From assembly GCA_044337105.1 (NCBI GenBank), contig JBIIOE010000003.1:4850-68849 (forward strand): a stretch of DNA of 64,000 nt. Reading direction: 5' to 3'. This document shows, piece by piece, positions 11,906 through 19,876 of this stretch. The stretch is from Bdellovibrionota bacterium. Lineage in GTDB: Bacteria > Bdellovibrionota_C > UBA2361 > OMII01. How positions within the stretch are numbered: position 1 is the stretch's first letter; each line of letters begins with the position of its first letter. The position numbers and the translations under genes are program-made. The notes beneath the pieces were generated by a model. The model did no database searches, was not told the DNA's origin, and saw only the letters and a program-made list of their open reading frames with translations.

Positions 11906-12424
11906 CTATCTAAATCGTAGTGTTACCACCACGCCTTCTGCTGAGAGCATGGCAGAGACCTCCAGTTCTTTCGGCAGGACGATCATTGGTTGACCGTTTA
12001 TGCGCCGAATTGAAAAGAGTTCATTGCTATCGCCTGGGGGAATATCAGGCATAATCAATGACTCCAGGGCTGTCGGAGAAGCCGCTGAATTTGCTACCGC
12101 CTCGGTCTTAGCAGGTTTCTTAGCTGACCCCCTTTTCCTCGAAGCTCGCCGTGATGGCGAACTCTCAATTTTCTTGGGGTTCAACAGGCAGCTCGGGTCG
12201 TGAAACTCGGCCTGGTTGCCCAGGTCGCGTCTCAAGCCGTCGACTTTTTCTGGAGCGAGGTGCCCGCGGCATAATTTTATGCTGCTGATGCTCCTCGCAG
12301 AAAGGCCGAGCTTTTCGCCCAACAAACGAGCCGCATCAGCCCATTTGTTGCTGGCCCAGCCAAGCTGCTTCGCATAGGTGGTCAGAAACTCCCGCCTAGC
12401 TTTTTTGAGTTTTTGCGAACTCAT
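11906..12424 (-). CDS. Small HTH-like protein with basic linker and possible AbrB/MazE-like C-terminus (island gene 5)
   Basis: ATG 12424 is preceded by GAAGGAAG. 172 aa. The HTH-like segment LGLSARSISSIKLCRGHLAPEKVDGLRRDL is paralogous to the upstream gene. Basic linker RRASRKRGSAKKPAK. C-terminus reads RRINGQPMIVLPKELEV. The ORF-track start (TTG 12484) is less likely. Confidence 0.6.
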   Translation of the reverse strand: MSSQKLKKARREFLTTYAKQLGWASNKWADAARLLGEKLGLSARSISSIKLCRGHLAPEKVDGLRRDLGNQAEFHDPSCLLNPKKIESSPSRRASRKRGSAKKPAKTEAVANSAASPTALESLIMPDIPPGDSNELFSIRRINGQPMIVLPKELEVSAMLSAEGVVVTLRFR

Positions 12425-12755
12425 GTCTTTCACTTCCTTCGTTAGAGCCACGTGAGCCCCAGACACCGCGTCCGAGGTCGTCAATGTTGATAAACTCCGA
12501 ATGGGCCGCTAGGGCTTTTCGAAGTTCCTCAAGTTTCTCGTCACCAAGATTCTTTTCCCCGAGTCTGACCCGGGTTAAGTGGCGAGTTCCCAACTGTAGC
12601 GTTTCAGCGAGCTGCTGATCACGCTGTGGCCAGGAATCGACTGGCGGCAGGTTGAGGATGCTTAACACGCAGTTAATGAGCCCCTCTCGTTTTTGGCGTA
12701 CCTGCTGACGAGAGACAGGTAGCTTGTTTAGCCGCGCTTCTCTTGTCGAAGCCAT
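12396..12755 (-). CDS. Small HTH-like protein (island gene 4)
   Basis: ATG 12755 is preceded by GAAAGGAAAGGA. 119 aa. Segment LQLGTRHLTRVRLGEKNLGDEKLEELRKAL. Its 3' end overlaps the next gene by 29 nt. The ORF-track N-terminal extension to 12938 crosses a large hairpin and looks non-coding. Confidence 0.55.
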   Translation of the reverse strand: MASTREARLNKLPVSRQQVRQKREGLINCVLSILNLPPVDSWPQRDQQLAETLQLGTRHLTRVRLGEKNLGDEKLEELRKALAAHSEFINIDDLGRGVWGSRGSNEGSERHEFAKTQKS

Positions 12756-12863
12756 GGGTCCTTTCCTTTCTGTAAAACAATTAAAAAACATGAACCAACA
12801 CCCATCACACGTCTCAACGAAAGAGGTGTGATTGGTACTGTTTGGTGCTTCTTGGCCTCGGTT

Positions 12864-12949
12864 AATCGGAGGTGGTAAGGAGTAAAACCTTAACGTAGGT
12901 AAAGGATACTCCTCCACCTCCGATTGTAATCTCTGCACGAGTGGCAGAG
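12864..12949 (-). terminator. Two stacked hairpins downstream of the 560-aa gene
   Basis: CTCTGC/GCAGAG stem at 12931-12949 directly after the stop codon. A long hairpin at 12864-12925 follows: AATCGGAGGTGG..AGGAGTA pairs with TACTCCT+CCACCTCCGATT, 19 bp in total. No U-tract. Confidence 0.4.
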
Positions 12950-12950
12950 C

Positions 12951-14633
12951 TTACTGAGTGCTGAGCTTGCGGCATAATGCGTTTAAGTCAGCTCTAATTT
13001 TTTCGAGCTGAGAGTCGAAGAGAACTTCAGGATCCTGTAGTGAATCCCAGGGTTCGTCCGAATCAGTCCCGGTTTGCGACACCTTCACGAGTAAGGGCCG
13101 CTGAGCAACAGGACGAGTTTCTGAGCTATCGTTCCGTGGAGGCGTCGCCTCTGCGGAGGAATGCTCGATGGAATCCGGCTCTGCCTCCGCAGGCAAGTTC
13201 TCGTCCGACGAAGACGACACCTCCACAGGTGGAGTTACACTCTCAGGTAGCTTGGTTTGGAGAGGTAGGACCTCGTCTAAACCGGCCTCAGGAGAGAGTC
13301 GTCTCCACAGCTCCACTGCGTCCTTGAGAACCGAGCCATATGCATGTGCTCGGCGGTCACTCGGATTTAATGGGTCTGAAAGAACTAGGAGCGCCATTTT
13401 AGCGAGCTCCTCTTTCGTCCAGCGTGGATTGTCCTCCTGTGCTCCCGTTGAGAACGAGAAACCGTAGGGAGGCGTGTCCCGCAAGCAGATCGTTCCTACG
13501 CGAGGAAGAAGTGGCGGCGAAGCGGCTGCTCCGTCGCTATGACTCTCCGAGAAAGATTTTTGGACGCTCTTTTGGATAGCGGCCCATGAATCTTTCTGCG
13601 ATCGCGTAGCCTTGTTGCCACTTGGTAGCCAGGCGTGGAATGTCTGGTTTTCTTGTGGGAAAACCTGCACTGCATAGCTTGAGAACTCTGGCCCCAGCAC
13701 GACGGTCGTGAAGAGCTCCACGAGATCAGAGAACCTTGGAAAGAGCACCCGATCCGCAGTACTACCCCAGTAGCGAGTACTATCTTCCTCGAGGTTTTCG
13801 TTTGTTATAGTGGCGAGCTGATATTGCTCGCCAACTTTAACTAAACCAATTCCAAGGGATGAAGTATCTCCGTCTGGGAGATAGAGAAGAGACACTACGT
13901 TGTCCAGGGTACCTTCAGAAGCGTTGGGCGGCTCGTCGGGCGAGTCGCTTTGCTCCGTAGGTCCAGAAGTAGGGGTATCCTCAGCGAACACGGCAACACC
14001 GATGCTTTTTGGTGCCTCCTCCTCAGACAGGGGAAAAGGGACTGTCCAGCCAGCAATCGGCTCTACCAATGTTTCTGAAACAAGGTAGTTGCCCGTGAAT
14101 TTCGAGGATGGGGTGAGCATAAGCCACGGTATCCATACCCTCTTGTCGAAACGCCGCGTGAAGTTGTCGCTGATAACTATGGCTGCAAACTCTAAAAGAG
14201 TTCTCAAGCTACAGTTACAGTTGGTCAGTCTCCACGGGCGCTCTTCGCCTTCCGCATACCAGAGCGTTGACTCTCCTAGGGTTATAGCCTCCTTTCTTAA
14301 CAATCTTGATCGATCGTCGAGAGAAGGAATGCCGTATCTTCCCTCCTGCGAACGCAGCTTGCGTCGTAGTTCCGCAGCTGCCGGTCCCCACTTCCTCATT
14401 CCTCGTGGGATTTCAAACCCCTCAAGGTAAAGGTGTGGACAAAGCCTCTCTGTCGTTGGGTTGTTGAGCAACTTCACGCTCAAGGACAGTAATCCCCAAG
14501 CGTCTAGTGCTAGCTCGTCGAGAGCGGAACGCCTGAGTTTTCCCGAAGGGCTTGAACTCACGACCGAGAAGCTAACATTGTCTTCAAGTTGCCTTACCAA
14601 AACTCGCATCGCGCCAACGATAATTTCGTTCAT
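12951..14633 (-). CDS. Hypothetical 560-aa protein with acidic and Pro/Ser-rich linkers (island gene 3)
   Basis: Long ORF. ATG 14633 is preceded by AGGAAGG, 4 nt upstream; the ORF-track ATG 14723 has no Shine-Dalgarno. I recognise no catalytic motif. Confidence 0.7.
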   Translation of the reverse strand: MNEIIVGAMRVLVRQLEDNVSFSVVSSSPSGKLRRSALDELALDAWGLLSLSVKLLNNPTTERLCPHLYLEGFEIPRGMRKWGPAAAELRRKLRSQEGRYGIPSLDDRSRLLRKEAITLGESTLWYAEGEERPWRLTNCNCSLRTLLEFAAIVISDNFTRRFDKRVWIPWLMLTPSSKFTGNYLVSETLVEPIAGWTVPFPLSEEEAPKSIGVAVFAEDTPTSGPTEQSDSPDEPPNASEGTLDNVVSLLYLPDGDTSSLGIGLVKVGEQYQLATITNENLEEDSTRYWGSTADRVLFPRFSDLVELFTTVVLGPEFSSYAVQVFPQENQTFHAWLPSGNKATRSQKDSWAAIQKSVQKSFSESHSDGAAASPPLLPRVGTICLRDTPPYGFSFSTGAQEDNPRWTKEELAKMALLVLSDPLNPSDRRAHAYGSVLKDAVELWRRLSPEAGLDEVLPLQTKLPESVTPPVEVSSSSDENLPAEAEPDSIEHSSAEATPPRNDSSETRPVAQRPLLVKVSQTGTDSDEPWDSLQDPEVLFDSQLEKIRADLNALCRKLSTQ

Positions 14634-14773
14634 AAAACCTTCCTCTAAAAAGTGAAAACATCTCTTACCACCACCCTGCACGGTAAACCCGTCCAGGGTG
14701 TGGCAAGAAGCACATCTACTCATATTGAATTGTTAAAGAGGGTAAGACCTCGACCGTAGTGGCCGTGTGCCTA

Positions 14774-14881
14774 CATCCTTATACCCTCTCGCTTCACTCG
14801 TAAGGTGAGGAGATAAGGATGCAGGGTGGTTGTGTTAAACGAGCCCTGCAAAGGTCTCAGTGTTTCTTTCGTCGCACTGAG
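14774..14881 (-). terminator. Cluster of three hairpins downstream of the GHKL ATPase gene
   Basis: Inverted repeats CATCCTTAT/ATAAGGATG (14774-14821), GCAGGG/CCCTGC (14821-14849) and CTCAGTG/CACTGAG (14856-14881). No clear U-tract. Confidence 0.35.
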
Positions 14882-14896
14882 TTACTACAGGAAACC

Positions 14897-16408
14897 TCAG
14901 AAAAGTCTGGCAGAGTACATTCCGTTGAATGCCGCATCTAACGCCTCTTGCCCTGGCACTTCGTCATAGGCGTTGTAGTGCCGAGCCCAGGCGATGATAA
15001 GGCAGAATGCAGCCCGCGCACGGATTTTCATCCGTTCTTGATCAGACTTTGCTGCAGTGAGCAGCCGCCCCAGATCTTCACCTTCCTTGCTGATGAGAAT
15101 ACGGTGCTGTGCTGCATCGTACTGGAGCTTTTTCCCTCCAATCGCCCTTGAATCTACGAATGCATAGCCGGGGATACCCCTGCTTCGCTTTCGAGTAGGT
15201 CTAGGGGGTTTTCCTGGCTCATCATCATCATCGGGCGGAGGCGGAGGATCGTCGGCGCCTGGTTTCGGCTTCGGCTGCTTCGGAGGCTTACTGGGAGGCT
15301 TGCCATCAGGACTGTTCGCCCCTTGAAAGCCAGCCAGCTCGTCTCCGAACTTGACGAGAAGTTCTTGTACCAATTGTTCTTCCATCGGTTGATTCCGATC
15401 GAAGTATTGCGCCTCGTACGTTTTCATCCACGCCAGAAGCCGGTCGGGCAAATTATTTACCACTTCTGCCTTAGCGCCCTCCTCGTCCCATTCGGTGATC
15501 GCCGACCGGTCGAACGTATGCGCTACGTCCGTCCCGGTAGCCTCTACAATCAGCATCAGCTCCGCGGTGCCTGCATATATCCCCCATTGAGAGAGACTGT
15601 TTGCATGCATCGGAAGGTACCATTTGTGGGCCTCCCCATTGTGGCCGATTGCCAGTGGAGCATGCGGGAATTCTTCTTGAAGAGCTTTGTCAGGGCTCTC
15701 CTTCCTGACTCCCCACCAGAGCTTGCAGCTCTTGTACTCCTTTTCGCCGTAAAACTGAGACCGAGCCACTAAACAATCGATGCCGCCGCGTACGGTGCGC
15801 CAGCTAGCTTCTCGCCCTGTTACGCCGTTTTCGGCCACGAGGATCGTAGTTGGGAGTCGTAGGTACCGCTTATTGAGGTACTGCACGATTCCCTTCCAGT
15901 CGACTCCGAGGCCTTGCAGCTTGACAACGGTTGAGTACTCTTTCCAGGTGGGAGGTGCCTCGACGCTGGTTGTCGTATCGCCGCTCGCTGATTGGTGAAG
16001 CACTCCGTGCCTTCCCGTATCATCAACTTGGCCAAGGCTGATTTTTTGGAATCGGCTGCGATTACCTTGGGGTCTGGAAAATACTTCGATTCCCGTTCTG
16101 GTAATCATGCTTGCGAGTTTCAATCCGACGCCGAAGTTTTTACCTCGGCCCTTCGTTTTGGAACCAGCACCCAAGTCCTTGTTGAACTTGAGCAGCTCTT
16201 CAGCCGTCATTCCGACTCCGTTGTCGGCAACGCAGACGTCTCCGTTTGCGTCTACCCAGAGGTGAATCAGGGCGCTAATTCCCCGCTTGGCCTCGAGGCT
16301 GTTCTGCACAGCCTCGCGGAGAGGAATGAGGGGGTCCGTTCTAAGGTTTTCCACTAACCATTTCTGGTTTTCTAAACCAAACGCTTTTCCTCCGTACGAT
16401 TTTTTCAT
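14897..16408 (-). CDS. GHKL-superfamily (HATPase_c_3 / MORC-like) ATPase with poly-proline linker (island gene 2)
   Basis: 503 aa. Bergerat-fold motifs: N-box REAVQNSLEA, G1 ADNGVGM, G2 GKNFGVGLK. Linker GKPPSKPPKQPKPKPGADDPPPPPDDDDEPGKPPRPTRKRSRG, followed by an unassigned C-terminal domain of about 90 aa. Confidence 0.88.
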   Translation of the reverse strand: MKKSYGGKAFGLENQKWLVENLRTDPLIPLREAVQNSLEAKRGISALIHLWVDANGDVCVADNGVGMTAEELLKFNKDLGAGSKTKGRGKNFGVGLKLASMITRTGIEVFSRPQGNRSRFQKISLGQVDDTGRHGVLHQSASGDTTTSVEAPPTWKEYSTVVKLQGLGVDWKGIVQYLNKRYLRLPTTILVAENGVTGREASWRTVRGGIDCLVARSQFYGEKEYKSCKLWWGVRKESPDKALQEEFPHAPLAIGHNGEAHKWYLPMHANSLSQWGIYAGTAELMLIVEATGTDVAHTFDRSAITEWDEEGAKAEVVNNLPDRLLAWMKTYEAQYFDRNQPMEEQLVQELLVKFGDELAGFQGANSPDGKPPSKPPKQPKPKPGADDPPPPPDDDDEPGKPPRPTRKRSRGIPGYAFVDSRAIGGKKLQYDAAQHRILISKEGEDLGRLLTAAKSDQERMKIRARAAFCLIIAWARHYNAYDEVPGQEALDAAFNGMYSARLF

Positions 16409-16665
16409 CTTTTCGCCTTTTTCGCCGGAATTCGGTCCGTCATCCGTGCAAAAATGGAGAGAAGTTCAAAACCTTCTCTAACAACCACCATGCAGCGCAG
16501 GCCGAACGGACTCCACTGCATGATGGTCTTTACCCTCTTTACCCATAATATTTTTTTCAAAGAGCTTTGTGCGCGTACCGCCACATGAAATCGGCGGCGC
16601 AGGATTATGCTGTTAAGTCATAAAACCTTCGCCAGTGGGCAGCGGCATGATGAGATTTTCTCTCA

Positions 16666-17913
16666 TTAGCCGTTGCCGTTCTTGTAGAGGCTCTTGAGGA
16701 GATCCTTGGCCGAAGCTGCTTGTGCTTTTTGAAGCGCAGCTTCTCCTTCGGAAAGACCGTTCTCTCGCTCCTTCAGGTCTGCCTCGCGGCGATCGAGCGT
16801 TTCGGTTTCAGACTGCATGAGCTGATCCCATTCCTCTTGATCTTCTTTTAGAGCCTGTCGCTCTTGCTCCACCTTTTGGCTTTGGGCTTCTATTTCTGAA
16901 GCTAGGGCCTTGAGGTTTGCGATGTGAGTCTCGGCGAGCTCTTTTGCCTCCGTCGCCTTGGCTATCTGCTCCTGCAAGAGTATGCGAAGAATCCCCGCAT
17001 GCTTTGCGAAGAGCAGCTCGGCCTGCTGATCAAGCTCAGCTGTAGAAACTCCGTCGGGTGCGGGTTGTACCCCCGCATCCGTTAGTGCTTTTGCAGCCGC
17101 TTGCACCATAGCCACCAGGGGGGGGATCAATAGAGCCAGCGGCCCAGCTTGATCGCTGCTTGAGAGCTTTTCTACATCGAGCAGAGCTCTCAGTAGATTC
17201 CCCGCGCCGTCCTGACGTGGCTCTGTCGCTGCAGGCTCTTTCGGTGTGACGACGTTGTCTGTCGGCGAAACTGGTGGTTTCGCAACAGTCGCGTCGCCTA
17301 GAGGCTGTTCCCAGATGTCATCTGGAAGCTCCCTCGTCTCCAGCAAGCTACGTGCAGGCTGATCTCCCTCCCAATACTCGGGCCGCAACGAAGGCGCCCA
17401 CGGTACATGGTAGCTGGGAAGATTCTCGCGCACCCACTCATCGCGTAATGCGATGCATGCGAGGGCCAGTATGATTTCCGGTCCTACTTTGAGCGGTCCT
17501 CCATGATCGGTGCTGAGTGTCCACCGGTTCCCGTCTACCTTGCGAAAGGTGAGGTTTCCGAGGACAACATCTTTCCCGTGGTTGAGCAGGCTCCTTTGTT
17601 GGGGGGCCAAGCTAGGACGACCCTTGCGGGCCGCTTCGAGCTTTTGCGCGAGAGCCCGCAACTCATCCTTCGAGTTTGGGTTAATGGTGTTCATCGGCAA
17701 AGCCAAAGACTCCATCAACCCGTTTCCCTCAACCTTGATGGGTGATCTGGCCCCCAACAGGTGGATGAAAAAGATTATCCAACTCGTCAGCGGAGCAGTC
17801 GGCGCTTTCGTCGCCTTCTTATCCTGGCCGAGATAGAAACCAAATTTCTCCCCCTTTACGGAACCGAAACTATACCCCTCGAGCTTGAGATCCCGCGCTT
17901 GGGTTTGAGTCAT
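16666..17913 (-). CDS. Hypothetical 415-aa protein with C-terminal coiled coil (island gene 1)
   Basis: ATG 17913 is preceded by AAGGAG, 9 nt upstream. The C-terminal ~110 aa are heptad-like and E/Q/K/A-rich (EAKELAETHIANLKALASEIEAQSQKVEQERQALKEDQEEW...). The ORF-track start at 18147 reads through a repeat element. Confidence 0.7.
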   Translation of the reverse strand: MTQTQARDLKLEGYSFGSVKGEKFGFYLGQDKKATKAPTAPLTSWIIFFIHLLGARSPIKVEGNGLMESLALPMNTINPNSKDELRALAQKLEAARKGRPSLAPQQRSLLNHGKDVVLGNLTFRKVDGNRWTLSTDHGGPLKVGPEIILALACIALRDEWVRENLPSYHVPWAPSLRPEYWEGDQPARSLLETRELPDDIWEQPLGDATVAKPPVSPTDNVVTPKEPAATEPRQDGAGNLLRALLDVEKLSSSDQAGPLALLIPPLVAMVQAAAKALTDAGVQPAPDGVSTAELDQQAELLFAKHAGILRILLQEQIAKATEAKELAETHIANLKALASEIEAQSQKVEQERQALKEDQEEWDQLMQSETETLDRREADLKERENGLSEGEAALQKAQAASAKDLLKSLYKNGNG

Positions 17914-17998
17914 CTTTGGTGACTCCTTTCTTAACTGATGCCAACCTTCGAAATAAAAATCACAGCATCTCGCTGCGCCGACCTGGCACTCCGTTCGG

Positions 17999-18180
17999 GG
18001 AAGCAAGGCAAAACCCTTCCCTGCTGCGAAGGTGGATCTTGGGTTGCTCTTCGATGTTGGCGACATGGACAAATCCTCAGGGGATCGCGGCGGATACACC
18101 TGCGGTTTTTCCACATCGAGAAGATCGAATATCAACCCAACCTCCACCTTTTCGCTACGGGTAGGTTTTGCTTTGCTTCC
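17999..18180 (-). repeat. MITE-like repeat element, about 182 bp, with terminal inverted repeats (copy 2)
   Basis: Terminal inverted repeats GGAAGCAAGGCAAAACC (17999-18015) and GGTTTTGCTTTGCTTCC (18164-18180). Roughly 80 percent identical by eye, in inverse orientation, to 28385-28568. Confidence 0.75.
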
Positions 18181-18523
18181 TTAGGCGCTGCCAGGTCGGC
18201 GCTGAGAGATGAACTCTTTGAAATGATCTAGTTGTTAAAGAGCGAGTATGAGGGCTTGTGGTATGTGCACTTTGAAAGTGACACGCGAGAGCAAAAGCTT
18301 TCGTTACGCTGAAGTTCCTCGTTGGAGATAGTATAGGGGGTCGGTGACTTGCTAGTAAACGAAGGTTTGAAAGTGAGTGTGCGACCAGTGAAAAAGCGTA
18401 GAGCAGGGGCTTGTCTGGTGGGCAGACTAGCACTGAGAGCGACCCATACGAGCAACCTTCGATTGATTAAGCCCTATAAGGCTCGCAGGCTAGTTTTCAG
18501 ATCTTAAATCGACAGGTTGTTAG

Positions 18524-18555
18524 CAGGCTGCGGAAGAATATCTTTTCCCAGCCTG
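18524..18555 (-). terminator. Hairpin immediately after the GDPD stop codon
   Basis: CAGGCTG/CAGCCTG 7-bp stem extended by an inner GGAA/TTCC pairing. Abuts stop codon 18556-18558. No U-tract. Confidence 0.4.
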
Positions 18556-19410
18556 TTAAAGATCCGCGCATGTGGCGGGAGCGTAAAGAGCTTGGAGCTC
18601 TACGCACGCTGCATGATCGGTCATGATTATATCCACTCCGCGAGACCTGAGTAGGTTCCACACCTGGCGATCGTCGTAAAAGGGGTGTGCGATGTTGACC
18701 AGTACTCGGGCGCGTGCGTGGTGGCTTGATTCGATGGCGTGTGCGCTCGCCCATCCTTCGAGCTCGATGAACTCGGCGCCGACATCGAGCGCTCGTTTTA
18801 CATCGTCGTCGCTGGTGCACCGTGCGAGGGCGTGTAGGGTCGGATAACGTTCGAGCATCGTTTGCATTCGATTGAGGTTGCGGAATTGGATGATGATCCT
18901 GTCGAGCATCCCTTTTGATAGCGCCTCTTTGATCACGGCCTCTGCGAGTTGATCTGACTCACCCTTTAGATCGACCTGTAAGACAGAGGCTCTGTCCCTC
19001 ATTACTTCCAATGCTTCTGAAAAAAGCGGGATGGCGATCGTGCCCTGTGGATCGAGTCGTACGGAGCTGCGTTCCTGCGGTGTGAGTTCCTGCACGATTC
19101 GACCGCAAAGGTTGCGTGGTGAGTGATAGTTGGAGCGGTTCAAGCTGCCATCGTGGAAAAGGAAGAGGTCGCCATTGGTAGCTTGTCGCACGTCGATTTC
19201 GAGGTGTGGAATGTTGTAGGTGAGCGCTTCACGAATTGCAGGAAGGGAGTTGTCTGGAAGGCCGATGTGGAGGTTCGCACGGTGAGCGGTAACGAGTCGA
19301 GAGAGGGGGGCATTCTCCGGTAGTCGTTTTACCTGTCGCATCTTCCACGGGGAGATGCATCCGGAGAGGATCAGAGCGAGGGAGAAAAAAGTAACTAACG
19401 GGTGCTTCAT
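18556..19410 (-). CDS. Glycerophosphodiester phosphodiesterase family lipoprotein
   Basis: GDPD motifs HRANLHIGLPDNSLPAIREA, EIDVRQATNGDLFLFHD. Lipobox signal MKHPLVTFFSLALILSGC from ATG 19410; the ORF-track start at 19476 is upstream. Confidence 0.85.
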   Translation of the reverse strand: MKHPLVTFFSLALILSGCISPWKMRQVKRLPENAPLSRLVTAHRANLHIGLPDNSLPAIREALTYNIPHLEIDVRQATNGDLFLFHDGSLNRSNYHSPRNLCGRIVQELTPQERSSVRLDPQGTIAIPLFSEALEVMRDRASVLQVDLKGESDQLAEAVIKEALSKGMLDRIIIQFRNLNRMQTMLERYPTLHALARCTSDDDVKRALDVGAEFIELEGWASAHAIESSHHARARVLVNIAHPFYDDRQVWNLLRSRGVDIIMTDHAACVELQALYAPATCADL

Positions 19411-19523
19411 TCTGGCCAACTTGATAGTGAGGAGCGGCGTTCGGGTATTAGTAACAGTGACCGCCCGGCGGTTCAACCGAAAACCTACGGACTGTGGGTT
19501 GCTTGGTGTTTGGAGCGCGTTGC

Positions 19524-19876
19524 GGATCGCTGGTGGAGTGGAGGTTCCGTGGTGCTTGGGGGGCGCTTTCTGTTTGGATCGTGGCGCTGATATCTGGCGG
19601 AGCGGCAGCGGACCGCGGACTTTCTAGTCCGCCTGCTGCTTGGATCGCGGTGCTGATATCTAGCGGAGCGGAAGCGGACCGCGGACTTTCTAGTCCGCTT
19701 GCTGCCTGGATCGTGGTGCTGATATCTAGCGGAGCGGAAGCTCCGCGGTCCGTGGGGGTCCGCTTGCTGCCTGGATCGTGGTGCTGATATCTAGCGGAGC
19801 GGAAGCTCCGCGGTCCGTGGGGGTCCGCTTGATGCTTGGATCGTGGTGCTGATATCTAGCGGAGCGGAAGCTCCGT
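19524..19876 (+). repeat. Tandem REP array (about 5.5 units, 65-bp period) at the 3' side of the RAYT gene
   Basis: Unit GGATCGTGGTGCTGATATCTAGCGGAGCGGAAGC + (GGACCGCGGACTTTCTAGTCCGC or TCCGCGGTCCGTGGGGGTCCGC) + TTGCTGCCT. Internal hairpins GCGGACT-TTCT-AGTCCGC and CGGAGC-GGAA-GCTCCG. Confidence 0.88.

Noticed and set aside
17914-18147. N-terminal 78 codons of ORF 16666..18147, and the similar ORF 28419..28712 (both begin MEV.LIFD..DVEKPQVYP)
   Set aside because: Both lie inside copies of the MITE-like repeat. The similarity is explained by nucleotide identity. A good AAGGAG plus ATG start exists at 17913 for the real gene.
9700-18190. Whether the island is a prophage, ICE or integrative element
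   Set aside because: There is no integrase or recombinase, no tRNA attachment site, and no capsid, tail, terminase or conjugation motifs. It is therefore treated as an uncharacterised accessory module.
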